Positions 17,957 through 27,323 of a stretch of 64,000 nt of DNA are shown here, in pieces. The position numbers and the translations under genes were made by a program. The stretch lies in IMG/VR virus record IMGVR_UViG_3300028388_003908, positions 64,001-128,000 of that record, one strand, 5' to 3'. How positions within the stretch are numbered: the first letter of the stretch is position 1; each line of letters opens with the position of its first letter. The DNA comes from a virus. Under the pieces are notes generated by a model. It ran no database searches and was not told the DNA's origin. It saw nothing but the letters and a program-made list of their open reading frames with translations.

Positions 17957-19276
17957 TTATGACCTCTTTCTTTGACGTAGAAGATAAAGATTCGTCTCAT
18001 GTGCGTTAGCAATAGACATAATAAAATCATCAAGTCCTAGAGACATACCGCCATTATCTTTTATCATATCGTAGACGCGCTTTAAGATGGGCTGTATGCG
18101 CTCCTCTGCGATAAGAGCGCGTGTAATAGGATCGGTAGCGTCATTGTGGATCAAGACCTGAATCGACTGCTGAGCTTGAGGCACCGGCGCAACCGCTACA
18201 GGACCGTATTCCCCTACAATCTTCTCCGCTAAGGTGTCGATCTCGTCCTCTAAGGACTCATAGAGACGCTCCATCAGCTGATGATCCCCATAAGAGGATA
18301 GTCCTTTAACCTGCCAATGTGAGGTCCAATGGGACCAATGCACAGCGCGCAGTACAGCCAAGAGCGTCTGCATGATCTCTAGCTTCACGTCAGCGGAGGC
18401 ATATCGGATTTTATTAGAGGAAGCCTTCTTAGAACGAACCTTAAAGAACTCCTTAGACCCGTTGTGTGAGAGATTTCCTTGTCGATCAATATCGTAGTAA
18501 CCCATGTCATTTACCCCTATATCAAGCGCCTTGCGCGAGCGTCTGTTCTTCTGTCTTACGGTAGAGACACCACCGCCCTCGTATCTTTTAAATCTGTTCA
18601 AGTGCTTACGCCTCTTTTGATTGTAGCGCTTGATCCTTGAGCGATTTTTCAGATAGTAGCGTCTTCTCTTTGTCTTGAGTTTGGTCTTGTTCTTAAGACG
18701 GTTTTTAATGCGCCATTTTTTGTACTCTCTGCGAGCCTGACCCTTCTGCTTACGCTGTCTTTTTGAAGGGATTTTTACCGAGATAAACGCGCTCTTAAAG
18801 AGATCTCCGTTCTCGTCTACGTCATAGATAAAATCCTCGTCTTCAAGATAAGGATCTAATACCTCACCCATGAGCGCGTCTAAAGCTACTCTGCGCTTCA
18901 ATCCTGTAGAGGTAGACTGATCTATATAAGGATGACCATACTGATCTCCGGGTAAACCACTAGAGCGAGGTCGCTGATGTAGAGGCTTACCGTCAGGCTG
19001 ATTTGGTATCGCGTTAGGATTGGGAGCTTTGGAGTAAGACGTAGAAGCACCCGATGAATCCGAAGGTGTATTCGATACAGGAGGTCCCGCCCTCTGCTCT
19101 GTCCTGCCTTCTGGATGACCTGAAGGTAGGGGCAATACCCGATCTCTTTTAGGCTGACCGTCTGCGTAATCCTCTCTACTTGGAGAAGGCGCCGGCGTGT
19201 TCTCTCTAGAATCATTTACCCATGTACGAACGCCACTAAGCTCTTGAACAGGTTGACTATGACCCATAGTGTTCAC
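17957..19276 (-). CDS. Polyprotein-like: Pro-rich, acidic and very basic segments plus C-terminal Dps/ferritin-like domain
   Basis: SHWQVKG...DHQLMERLYE...IDTLAEKI ferroxidase-type pattern; K/R-rich stretch. Confidence 0.75.
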   Translation of the reverse strand: MNTMGHSQPVQELSGVRTWVNDSRENTPAPSPSREDYADGQPKRDRVLPLPSGHPEGRTEQRAGPPVSNTPSDSSGASTSYSKAPNPNAIPNQPDGKPLHQRPRSSGLPGDQYGHPYIDQSTSTGLKRRVALDALMGEVLDPYLEDEDFIYDVDENGDLFKSAFISVKIPSKRQRKQKGQARREYKKWRIKNRLKNKTKLKTKRRRYYLKNRSRIKRYNQKRRKHLNRFKRYEGGGVSTVRQKNRRSRKALDIGVNDMGYYDIDRQGNLSHNGSKEFFKVRSKKASSNKIRYASADVKLEIMQTLLAVLRAVHWSHWTSHWQVKGLSSYGDHQLMERLYESLEDEIDTLAEKIVGEYGPVAVAPVPQAQQSIQVLIHNDATDPITRALIAEERIQPILKRVYDMIKDNGGMSLGLDDFIMSIANAHETNLYLLRQRKRS

Positions 19277-19638
19277 CTGCCTTTGAGATAGGCGAGCGCT
19301 ACCTTCTTGACGGGATCTTGATTGTACTTAGAGGCGATATCCACCTTCTCTCGATCCGTGTGAGGCAAGCGTTGACGATAAAAACCTTCACCCATCTTGA
19401 TGAGCGCATAATTGGTCATATCTAGAGAGCGCTCTAGTCTATCTAAAGACTGAGGAATACCGCTAAGCGCGTCCCCAAACTTCTGATAGATTTCCTCTTT
19501 CAGATCCTCATCGCAATCTTCCAAGGTCTCTCGGATTTGATTGCAAAAGGATCTGATAATATGCGCCTGTACTCTAGAGGAGGAAGCCCCCTCTGCGAGC
19601 ACAGACCAACTAGCTTGACTTGAGGATCTTTTTCTCAT
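19273..19638 (-). CDS. Hypothetical protein, candidate head cargo
   Basis: C-terminal KKVALAYL tag; TAACTCATTTAT upstream (19671-19682). Confidence 0.65.
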   Translation of the reverse strand: MRKRSSSQASWSVLAEGASSSRVQAHIIRSFCNQIRETLEDCDEDLKEEIYQKFGDALSGIPQSLDRLERSLDMTNYALIKMGEGFYRQRLPHTDREKVDIASKYNQDPVKKVALAYLKGR

Positions 19639-19686
19639 AACCGCTCTCCTTCTTTATGTAGAGAGCGTTCATAAATGAGTTAAAGA

Positions 19687-20610
19687 TTAACCCTCCTCAA
19701 GACCCTTCTCAATACCATTCACAACGCCAGCGCTCTCTACTGCCTTGATCTCCTCAAGAACCTCAGGGCTGTCCGAGTAAAGCTCAAGAGCCTTCTTGAC
19801 GCGCTTAGTCCAGTGAGGGTTCATATCCCACTCAATACCATTTGAAAGGATCTTGATCTTGCTATCTTCTCCTACCTCGACAGCCCCTTGCTCGGGTGCT
19901 TGCTCAAGTCCGTCAAGAATCTGAGCTTCCTCTGAGGGACCTTCATCCTCAACGGGCTCCTCAACGGGCTCCTCAACAGGCTCAAAATCCTCCTCCTGCT
20001 CGATGATCTCAGTAGAGAAATTACCTTCAAGATTCTCTAGCGTGTCAATCTCTTGACCGACCGCGTTCACGTCTGAGATCACGGTCTTTTGTTGGGCTGC
20101 GGTCTTGAGAGTAAGATTAACAGAGGTAGCGCCTTGCATCTCAGCTAGACCATCCTCTGCGCTTGACGCGCTCTTTACGTCTGCACCTGAAGTGTCTGAC
20201 ACAGAACCGACAAGATAATTATCCTCGTCCTCTGTGGAGACCACTACAGGAAACTTAACACCCTCTTGCTCTACAACTGGCTCGGCAACAGGCTCGTTTA
20301 CGGAAGACACCTTTGTCTCCTCGTCATAAACGGTCTCTACCTCCATCGAGGTGCGCTCTTTAACCTGCTCTACCGCCTGCTTTACGGGAGCCGGAGCAGG
20401 ATCTGCCTTTGCCTCAGGTACTCGTAGCCAGCCTCTCTTAAGACCTGCTTTAAGCTCAGGCATCGCAACCTCTTCCCCACCGATGCGTAGAGAAGATCCG
20501 TCAAATTCGATAATGTCACCCGCAGTAAGATTACGCTCTAGTCTGCCAAGGTGGATTGTGGTTGTAGCCTCAAGCTCAATAAAGCTACCCTTTTTAAATG
20601 TAATGGACAC
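19687..20610 (-). CDS. Acidic hypothetical protein
   Basis: AGGAGG RBS; EPVE repeats. Confidence 0.65.
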   Translation of the reverse strand: MSITFKKGSFIELEATTTIHLGRLERNLTAGDIIEFDGSSLRIGGEEVAMPELKAGLKRGWLRVPEAKADPAPAPVKQAVEQVKERTSMEVETVYDEETKVSSVNEPVAEPVVEQEGVKFPVVVSTEDEDNYLVGSVSDTSGADVKSASSAEDGLAEMQGATSVNLTLKTAAQQKTVISDVNAVGQEIDTLENLEGNFSTEIIEQEEDFEPVEEPVEEPVEDEGPSEEAQILDGLEQAPEQGAVEVGEDSKIKILSNGIEWDMNPHWTKRVKKALELYSDSPEVLEEIKAVESAGVVNGIEKGLEEG

Positions 20611-20736
20611 GTTGTGTTCCTCCTAGGTTATCTGCATCACGCGCTCTATAATACAGAGTTCGATATGCAGGTTCTTGGATTTTTGTTAATGCTTATATCC
20701 GACGTATAAGTAAATCAATGAGGCTAAGGGGTAAAC

Positions 20737-21192
20737 ATGAAACCGTCTAGAAGAGCAAAGATCATACGCGCTTTAAATCAATCGCTCAAAATCGCCATAC
20801 AACATAGTCTCCGAAAGCTAAGAGAGACCAATGATGATGCGGTTTTCGAGGAGGCGCTCCGACGCTTTTACCTCAACAAAGGGTTACCTAAGGATTATGA
20901 AAACACCTTAGAAATGAGATACTTATCTGCATACTATAGAGATTCTCAGAAAATGCAAGTCGTTAAGCAGGATCTTAGCTATGAGCAGGAAAATGAGGTC
21001 TGCGACCGACTGCTTGAGGTCGGTATGTGGCTTCATACGAGATGGGCGCCTAAGGTTCGTACTCTAGTGGTAAAGGTCTGTGGGGGACAGGAAAATACTC
21101 TCACCTTCACGCGAACGCTCTTTGATATAAAGGATCGCACCCCTAACGGACTACATATCGGTCGTATGCTTAACGTGATTTTAGACGCATAG
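20737..21192 (+). CDS. Hypothetical protein
   Basis: RRAKIIRAL start; TAATGCTTATAT upstream (20687-20698). Confidence 0.6.
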   Translation: MKPSRRAKIIRALNQSLKIAIQHSLRKLRETNDDAVFEEALRRFYLNKGLPKDYENTLEMRYLSAYYRDSQKMQVVKQDLSYEQENEVCDRLLEVGMWLHTRWAPKVRTLVVKVCGGQENTLTFTRTLFDIKDRTPNGLHIGRMLNVILDA

Positions 21193-21238
21193 TATAAGAT
21201 AGTTTGTCTTTTAACACCCTCACACGAAAGGTAAAAAC

Positions 21239-22840
21239 GTGGAGAGCGACAAGCTATTAAAGACTATCGAGAAGCTGAGAAAAATCCGAACTAGAGAAGA
21301 TCTTGTGCCTCCTGCTTCTAACATCTTGAGATCGCATCTGCCGGACGGAAACAAACTCACCCTTCGTCAATATCAGATCCAAGGTATCCTACATCTGCTC
21401 GCCATGCCTCGCTTTGTGCTAGGGGATGACACCGGTCTTGGTAAGACTCTACAGACGATCAGCGCGCTCTCGTATGTTTGGGATAAGCGACCAGAGATAC
21501 CCGCGATTATCTGTACGACCAAGAGCGCTGTTGGTCAGTGGGAATCAGAATTTGAGCGCTTTACACATGGCGTCAAGGTCTTTAAATGTCTCGGGACAAA
21601 AAAACAGCGCAGGAAGATTTATGACGCCTTCTTTGAAGCGGAAGGCCCTAAAGCGATCATCCTAGGATATCGCACCGCTTGCGTTGATTTCGACATCCTT
21701 CAACCTATGGCCGGTCACGTTATGATCTTTGACGAGGCGACCGCGTTTAAGAATGATACCTCACAAGTGCACCAAGTATGCAAGCACCTAGCAGGCTCAG
21801 CAGAGCGCGTGTGGTCTCTAAGCGCTACCATCATCAAAAATCGTCTGATGGAAGCATGGGCGATTTACAAAGTTACCGTGCCTCACCTCTTTACAACCAA
21901 GACCGCGTTTATGCGTGATTACTGCATCACCCGAGATCAACCCCTACCTGGAGGGCGCAGACGCATTAAGGTTGTGGTCGGTCACCGTAAGCATGACATA
22001 CAAGCGTTCAGAGAGCTTATCGACCCGTACTTTATCGGAAGACCCAAGCATGAGGTGGCTAAGGAGCTACCCCCTCTCACCTCTAAGACCATCGCTTGCG
22101 AACTCACAAAAGAGCAGAAGGTAAAGTATCGTGAAGCGCTTAATGGTCTACTAGAGGTTAATGATGACGAGACCGGCGAGACAAAAGAGCGCGAGGTTAC
22201 TAAGCTCACCGCCGTGACCGTCTGTCAGCAAATCGTAAACCACCCCTCTCTCGTTAATGTCGATGGTGAATCCGGTAAGCTAGACTCTCTTGTCGATTTG
22301 CTCACCAATGAGCTTGACGGTGAGAAGGTAATCGTCTTCTCTCGCTTCCGACAGATGGTCGATATACTAGAGGAAACGCTGAAAAAAGCTAAGATTAAGA
22401 CGAGCAGGATCACCGGCGCAGAGGGCGGGGATCAGCGTCTCGCGTCTCAGAAGGCCTTTCAAGACGAGAAATCAGACGTGAGGGTGTGCCTTATCACCAT
22501 GGCGGCTGCCGAAGGCGTCAATCTACAGCTAGCCAAAGCGGTCGTCTTCTATGACACGCCATGGAGCGCTGGTGATTATCTACAGATCATAGGGCGCATG
22601 ATCCGTATTGGCTCAATACATGAGCGCGTATTCTCATATCACCTATGCGCCCCTAAGACCATTGATGACCGCGTTATGAAATCTCTCAAAGCTAAGATGA
22701 ATCTGATCGAGAGCGTCTTAGGTAAGCGTCTCAAAGCAGAAGGCGAGGAAGAGGACGTGATCGAGGTCGGGCGCTCGGAGATCGCAGATCTATTCGATGG
22801 TCTGCTAGAGGATGCAAACGATATAATCAAAACCAAGTAA
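21239..22840 (+). CDS. SNF2-family (SF2) helicase/ATPase
   Basis: LRQYQ, DDTGLGKT, FDEAT, LSAT, SGKL, EGVNLQ, QIIGRMIRIG. Confidence 0.92.
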   Translation: MESDKLLKTIEKLRKIRTREDLVPPASNILRSHLPDGNKLTLRQYQIQGILHLLAMPRFVLGDDTGLGKTLQTISALSYVWDKRPEIPAIICTTKSAVGQWESEFERFTHGVKVFKCLGTKKQRRKIYDAFFEAEGPKAIILGYRTACVDFDILQPMAGHVMIFDEATAFKNDTSQVHQVCKHLAGSAERVWSLSATIIKNRLMEAWAIYKVTVPHLFTTKTAFMRDYCITRDQPLPGGRRRIKVVVGHRKHDIQAFRELIDPYFIGRPKHEVAKELPPLTSKTIACELTKEQKVKYREALNGLLEVNDDETGETKEREVTKLTAVTVCQQIVNHPSLVNVDGESGKLDSLVDLLTNELDGEKVIVFSRFRQMVDILEETLKKAKIKTSRITGAEGGDQRLASQKAFQDEKSDVRVCLITMAAAEGVNLQLAKAVVFYDTPWSAGDYLQIIGRMIRIGSIHERVFSYHLCAPKTIDDRVMKSLKAKMNLIESVLGKRLKAEGEEEDVIEVGRSEIADLFDGLLEDANDIIKTK

Positions 22841-22854
22841 AAAGGACTTACTGC

Positions 22855-22971
22855 GTGAAGCCCATTGAAGTGATTAAATATCTCAATCATCAAACCAAGA
22901 AATGTGCTTCATGCGGTAAGCGTATTGACAAGCGCATCGTCTGCCCCTGCATCAAAAGGAAGACAGCATGA
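22855..22971 (+). CDS. Small Cys-rich protein (38 aa, not in ORF track)
   Basis: AAAGGA + GTG; KCASCGKRIDKRIVCPC; ATGA overlap with next gene. Confidence 0.45.
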   Translation: MKPIEVIKYLNHQTKKCASCGKRIDKRIVCPCIKRKTA

Positions 22972-23543
22972 AAGATCTCTATCTTGAATGTAATGACCGG
23001 GGTATGACGGAGCTTGAGTTTCAATCTTCCTTTTGCAACTACTGCCGACAGACGCGCTGTAGTAGAGCAGGATGGTCTAAAACCTCTTGGGAACAGCGCA
23101 TAAATACGCAGGTAGATCGCCTGCTCATCAACCCTAATATCCATCTACAGAGCGAATCGGAGAGATGGGCTGAGATACCGAACTTTGAGCTACCTCAAGA
23201 GGTCTTAGAGATATGGGGCTCAAAGAAGGTGAGCGCTGACCTTGCTGAGATACTAGAGAACGTTCCTGAGACAGAATCTCCATTAGAGATTGAGGGAGCG
23301 AGCGCAGAAGAACCTGCGAGCCCAAGGAATGACACATCGGAGAGCGTCACAGAAGGCTCTTTAGACGCTACAAGCCCTCAGATACTTGTCCCCGACAATA
23401 AGCCCTCAAAAAGAGCAAATACGAAAGCTCAAGAGATTATGATAGGAGAGGCGCCCGATACACCAAGCGCTCCTGCGGTAGATCCTTGGGCTCCTCAACC
23501 CGCTTCGATCAAGGTGGGCGGTACTTTTAAGATGGGCGGTTGA
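22968..23543 (+). CDS. Hypothetical protein with N-terminal Cys cluster
   Basis: C..FCNYC....C then low-complexity tail. Confidence 0.6.
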   Translation: MKDLYLECNDRGMTELEFQSSFCNYCRQTRCSRAGWSKTSWEQRINTQVDRLLINPNIHLQSESERWAEIPNFELPQEVLEIWGSKKVSADLAEILENVPETESPLEIEGASAEEPASPRNDTSESVTEGSLDATSPQILVPDNKPSKRANTKAQEIMIGEAPDTPSAPAVDPWAPQPASIKVGGTFKMGG

Positions 23544-23577
23544 TAAGTAGAACGTCTCTTGATAATAGGATTATCGT

Positions 23578-23823
23578 ATGGTCATCTTACCCCATGAGCG
23601 CTTGTTTCAAATACATCTGACCTACACAAAACCTACAGACCGTGTACCGATTGCAGTAGGTCTTGGTCGTAGAGCTTATGTGCAGGGCTCGGAGAACTCA
23701 CCTAACACCGACATAAAGTTTCAGCGTTGGGTTGAGAAGATCGAGAACTCAAGCATACGAGAGAACCTAGAGAGCGCTTGGCTCAGAGGTTGGGCACTAG
23801 AAGCTCAAAGAAGGTCTGTATAA
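23578..23823 (+). CDS. Hypothetical protein
   Basis: AGGA RBS, ORF. Confidence 0.55.
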   Translation: MVILPHERLFQIHLTYTKPTDRVPIAVGLGRRAYVQGSENSPNTDIKFQRWVEKIENSSIRENLESAWLRGWALEAQRRSV

Positions 23824-23854
23824 TCCAACAAACCTTCAACGATAAGGCTGACAC

Positions 23855-24427
23855 ATGAGCAACGTATTTGGCGGGAAAAATGAGCGGGCGGTATATATAC
23901 CCATGTCCGAGACCGAGCTTGAGGTTATAGCGCGTCTGGTTGATTCAGACGACCTCAAGGTCGTGTTGCACGGTTGGGGAGTGATCGAATCTCCAAAGAT
24001 CACATACGGAGACAAGAACTTGCACATCCCTATCAAGATGACCTTCAACAAGCCTGTAGAGGCTCCTCAAGACGTTTACTATTTCGACATGGAGCTAAAG
24101 ACAGGATCAGGCATCTCTCTCTTTAAGAAGCGCATGAGCACCTCGTATGGAGGACAACCTTTAAAGGTGATGGCAGGTCTAGAGCTAGAGATGGTTTGGG
24201 ATATCTCTATACGTCACCTAGACCCAAACCTAGTGCGCGCAGTAAAGCCCGGTGCTAGAGGTCTGACCTCTAAGCTACAAGACAAGCTGACGCTCGATTT
24301 TACCGATACCGGAAACATGAGGTTAGACCGGAATCAAGCAGATCAAGCTCGACAAATCCGTGCGATGGAGAAACTGATCAACAAGATGGATCAGGGCAAG
24401 CTCGCAAAGAACAATCAGAAGACGTAA
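23855..24427 (+). CDS. Hypothetical protein
   Basis: 190-aa ORF; TATAAT upstream. Confidence 0.65.
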   Translation: MSNVFGGKNERAVYIPMSETELEVIARLVDSDDLKVVLHGWGVIESPKITYGDKNLHIPIKMTFNKPVEAPQDVYYFDMELKTGSGISLFKKRMSTSYGGQPLKVMAGLELEMVWDISIRHLDPNLVRAVKPGARGLTSKLQDKLTLDFTDTGNMRLDRNQADQARQIRAMEKLINKMDQGKLAKNNQKT

Positions 24428-24906
24428 ACGCGGTAACCGGGGATGCCCGACATACGCGAGATCTCTCTTGAGATGGTCAAGCCTTTCTTGATCTTCGCAA
24501 CATCTACGATAAGCTCATCATGCTCTTGACGAGTCTCATCGAGATTACTTGAAGTCACCTCAAGCTGATAAGTATCGCCCCTGCGCTCAGCCTGCTTTAG
24601 ATCGCGCTCTAATCTAGAGATTATAGAGGCGTAATCTTTCTGCCTCTGCTCAAGATTCTTGATAATCTCCTTGTTCAGATTGGTCCGAGACCTCGTGATC
24701 AGATCACCCTCATCTTTGATCCAAATGGTCTCTCCAGTGTGGTATGTCCCGAGCAAACGGAAAGCGATAGCCTCTACAATCGAGGCAGGGTCACGATACT
24801 TTGCGGTATCGAAAATGGTAGGCTTACCTGCGCTACGCTCAAGGCGCGCTACGCGCATCTCTAGGTCTTTTAGATTGAACATCATCAAATCCTTCACTTG
24901 TGTCAT
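24415..24906 (-). CDS. Hypothetical protein with LEMRVARLE leader
   Basis: Leader shared with ORFs at 47375, 48353 and 516xx; C-terminus similar to ORF 58310. Confidence 0.65.
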   Translation of the reverse strand: MTQVKDLMMFNLKDLEMRVARLERSAGKPTIFDTAKYRDPASIVEAIAFRLLGTYHTGETIWIKDEGDLITRSRTNLNKEIIKNLEQRQKDYASIISRLERDLKQAERRGDTYQLEVTSSNLDETRQEHDELIVDVAKIKKGLTISREISRMSGIPGYRVYVF

Positions 24907-24936
24907 GTACTATAATCGAACCCTATTAAAGCAGAA

Positions 24937-25416
24937 TCAATGAGATTCTGCCTCGCCATAAGCAGGCATAAAATATGGATTCTCAATCTTCTCTAAAGCG
25001 CTCAGATCCATCGGACACATATAATGCTCTACTAACGAGCCTAGATTCATAGTGAGACATAAATGATCTTGATCTGTGTCGAGATCATTCTCCCCTACAA
25101 CACATAGTATGACGTAACCTACTCCGCTGAGATTAAGGCGGGCGTCCTCTGCCACTGCTCTCCAATCATCTAGGGGAATGTCATCAAGCAAGAGGAAATC
25201 CTCTTGAAAAGAGAACCCATGCCCCGACATATCCGTGATAAACAGATGAGGCGGCATACCGTGTATGTTAAGATTATTCTCTTGAGCCTTGAGGATGTAA
25301 TCCTTCAAAGAATCAGCGATCCAGACCTTATATAAATCAGGGAGTTTCTCCATGGATGACCTCGACATGAGAAGACGCTTGAGCGCGTTGAAGACGTTGA
25401 CCGATTGTCTTAGCAA
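24937..25416 (-). CDS. Hypothetical protein (start uncertain, perhaps 25353)
   Basis: ORF track; protein-like composition. Confidence 0.55.
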   Translation of the reverse strand: MLRQSVNVFNALKRLLMSRSSMEKLPDLYKVWIADSLKDYILKAQENNLNIHGMPPHLFITDMSGHGFSFQEDFLLLDDIPLDDWRAVAEDARLNLSGVGYVILCVVGENDLDTDQDHLCLTMNLGSLVEHYMCPMDLSALEKIENPYFMPAYGEAESH

Positions 25417-25555
25417 TACGCAGAGACAGATCGCTAAGTATTATAGTAGCCGAGACCCAATGATGAACCATCTCAACAAGCTAAAGACAGAATCTATCAA
25501 GGAGATTCAGCAACTTGAGCGCGTGTCTCGACAGAAGAAAAAAGGAGAAAAGTAA
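25352..25555 (+). CDS. Small coiled-coil hypothetical protein
   Basis: Ends in TAATG overlap with next gene. Confidence 0.45.
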   Translation: MDDLDMRRRLSALKTLTDCLSNTQRQIAKYYSSRDPMMNHLNKLKTESIKEIQQLERVSRQKKKGEK

Positions 25556-25728
25556 TGCCGATCTACACCTTTAAATGTAAGAAGTGCGGTGAGGAAACCA
25601 AGAAGCTACAGAAGTACGAGGACGCGCCACCCGCTTGTCCTAAATGCGAGGGTGAGACAGAGCGCGCACCGTCAAAAAGCTCTTTCGTGCTCAAAGGTCC
25701 CGGATGGTTTAACACAGGCGGTTATTGA
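25555..25728 (+). CDS. FmdB-family zinc-ribbon protein (57 aa, not in ORF track)
   Basis: MPIYTFKCKKCG...CPKC...FVLKGPGWF; AAGGAG RBS. Confidence 0.85.
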   Translation: MPIYTFKCKKCGEETKKLQKYEDAPPACPKCEGETERAPSKSSFVLKGPGWFNTGGY

Positions 25729-26057
25729 TGACAGGCTATCTTCTGCCATCGTTAGCGCTCTGCTTTGCTAACGTCATCTTCTGGTATAAGGGCAACGCAA
25801 AAGAGATCTACGGTCTCGATTGGAGCCCCTTCAAATGGTGGCTCTTTACGAGCTTGTTCACCAATTACATCACGCTCTACTCATGGTGGAGATTGATCGA
25901 GATCGGAGATGTTTGGAGAGCAGGGGTGACGTGGGGTCTGTGCAGTCTCACCACTGATCTCATCTTAAACACCGTTTATTTCGGCTTTAATGTTCGAGGT
26001 ATACTAGCTCTCTTACTCTGCGCTTTATCTGCGTTTATCGCGCACGGAAAGAGCTAA
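25725..26057 (+). CDS. Small 4-TM membrane protein (SMR/DMT-like)
   Basis: Four hydrophobic segments in 110 aa. Confidence 0.55.
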   Translation: MMTGYLLPSLALCFANVIFWYKGNAKEIYGLDWSPFKWWLFTSLFTNYITLYSWWRLIEIGDVWRAGVTWGLCSLTTDLILNTVYFGFNVRGILALLLCALSAFIAHGKS

Positions 26058-26635
26058 CGAGACAAATCCTCAGCGCTGTCTGCGCCCTCTAAGAATTCTT
26101 TTAGAGAGACAGGCACATAATGAAAACCTACGTCTTTAGAAGCGCCTGTTCTTACGCGCTCTCCTTGCTCATCTATCTTGATGTTGAACGTAGCCTTAGC
26201 TGGATAAGACGTGTCACGTCTTGAGAAGGTTGAAATCTCCTCAATCTGATCTGCCCATGCCAACAGATAGTGAGAGCCCTCAAAAAGCTCTCCTTGGAAA
26301 TCCGTTCTCAGCCCGTAAGCGTAGACCTTGATCCCTTCTGTTGAGAGCGCGCAGAGATCAAAAACCTGCTGTTTGCTCAAGAACTGAGCCTCGTCCACAA
26401 AGATAATCTTAGCGCTACCTGCCGACAAGAGATAGAGATTAGATTCTTCCGTAAAGGTCTGCGCTTGCGCCTTAAAACCTGTCCTTGAGGAAATGAACCC
26501 TTCCCCATCTCTGCCCGAGACTATCTCCGGAATAAGCATGGTGTAAGGTATATTAGAGGTCTCACAGGAGTGCGCTCTCATAAGCAGATTCGCGCTTTTG
26601 CCTGCGTTTACGGTTGAGTAAATGAAGGTGATCAT
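26054..26635 (-). CDS. tdk: Thymidine kinase
   Basis: YSTVNAGKS, ISSRTG, VDEAQFL, YGLRTDFQGELFEGS. Confidence 0.92.
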   Translation of the reverse strand: MITFIYSTVNAGKSANLLMRAHSCETSNIPYTMLIPEIVSGRDGEGFISSRTGFKAQAQTFTEESNLYLLSAGSAKIIFVDEAQFLSKQQVFDLCALSTEGIKVYAYGLRTDFQGELFEGSHYLLAWADQIEEISTFSRRDTSYPAKATFNIKIDEQGERVRTGASKDVGFHYVPVSLKEFLEGADSAEDLSR

Positions 26636-27315
26636 CTCGATCCTAACTGCGTCTTGTGTGTGACAATCTCTCTTATATCATTAACGTGCTTACGGACAAC
26701 CTTACTTTCAACACCCATGATCTCAGAGATCTCCTTGGTCTTGTAGCCATCTGTGAGCAGATCAAAAACCTTGCGATAATCACCTTTAAAAAGAGAGCCA
26801 ATATCTCTGCGTAGCTCTTGATAATCGCGCTCGATCTCTACGTCTTCCAGATCATGTATGCGGCCCTCAATAGGCTCAATCGCAATCTCAACACCTTTGG
26901 TTTTAGAGTGCTTCTTCAGAAAGTTGGTCATCACACAATGACAGACCATGGTCACATAGGTCGAGAAGGCGGATTTCTTAGGGTCATAAGGACACTTACC
27001 CTTATTCCTTATGAGTATGCCTTGCAGGATCTCCTGTAGCATATCCTGAGGATCTTCTCCGATGGCGATGATCTGCTTGAGATAGCGCTTGAAATAAATC
27101 CTCTTAATGTCCTCGTACTTAGCCTCCACATCTATGCCTAGTTTCCGCGTAGGTGGATTTTGAAAGTTAAGATCAAATTCGTAAAGCGGGATACAATGTC
27201 TCTGCCAACGTCTGCTCTTAGTAGAATCTGAAACGCAAAGAAAATCACCCATAAAACGCTCTCCTAAGGGAAACAAGATTTCCGATACTCTAAGAGCAAC
27301 ATCCGTAAATCGCAA
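26632..27315 (-). CDS. Sigma-70/ECF-like RNA polymerase sigma factor (start may be 27252)
   Basis: DPQDMLQE, YDPKKSAFSTYV (region 2); GYKTKEISEIMGV (region 4 HTH). Confidence 0.8.
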   Translation of the reverse strand: MRFTDVALRVSEILFPLGERFMGDFLCVSDSTKSRRWQRHCIPLYEFDLNFQNPPTRKLGIDVEAKYEDIKRIYFKRYLKQIIAIGEDPQDMLQEILQGILIRNKGKCPYDPKKSAFSTYVTMVCHCVMTNFLKKHSKTKGVEIAIEPIEGRIHDLEDVEIERDYQELRRDIGSLFKGDYRKVFDLLTDGYKTKEISEIMGVESKVVRKHVNDIREIVTHKTQLGSR

Positions 27316-27323
27316 GGGACAAG

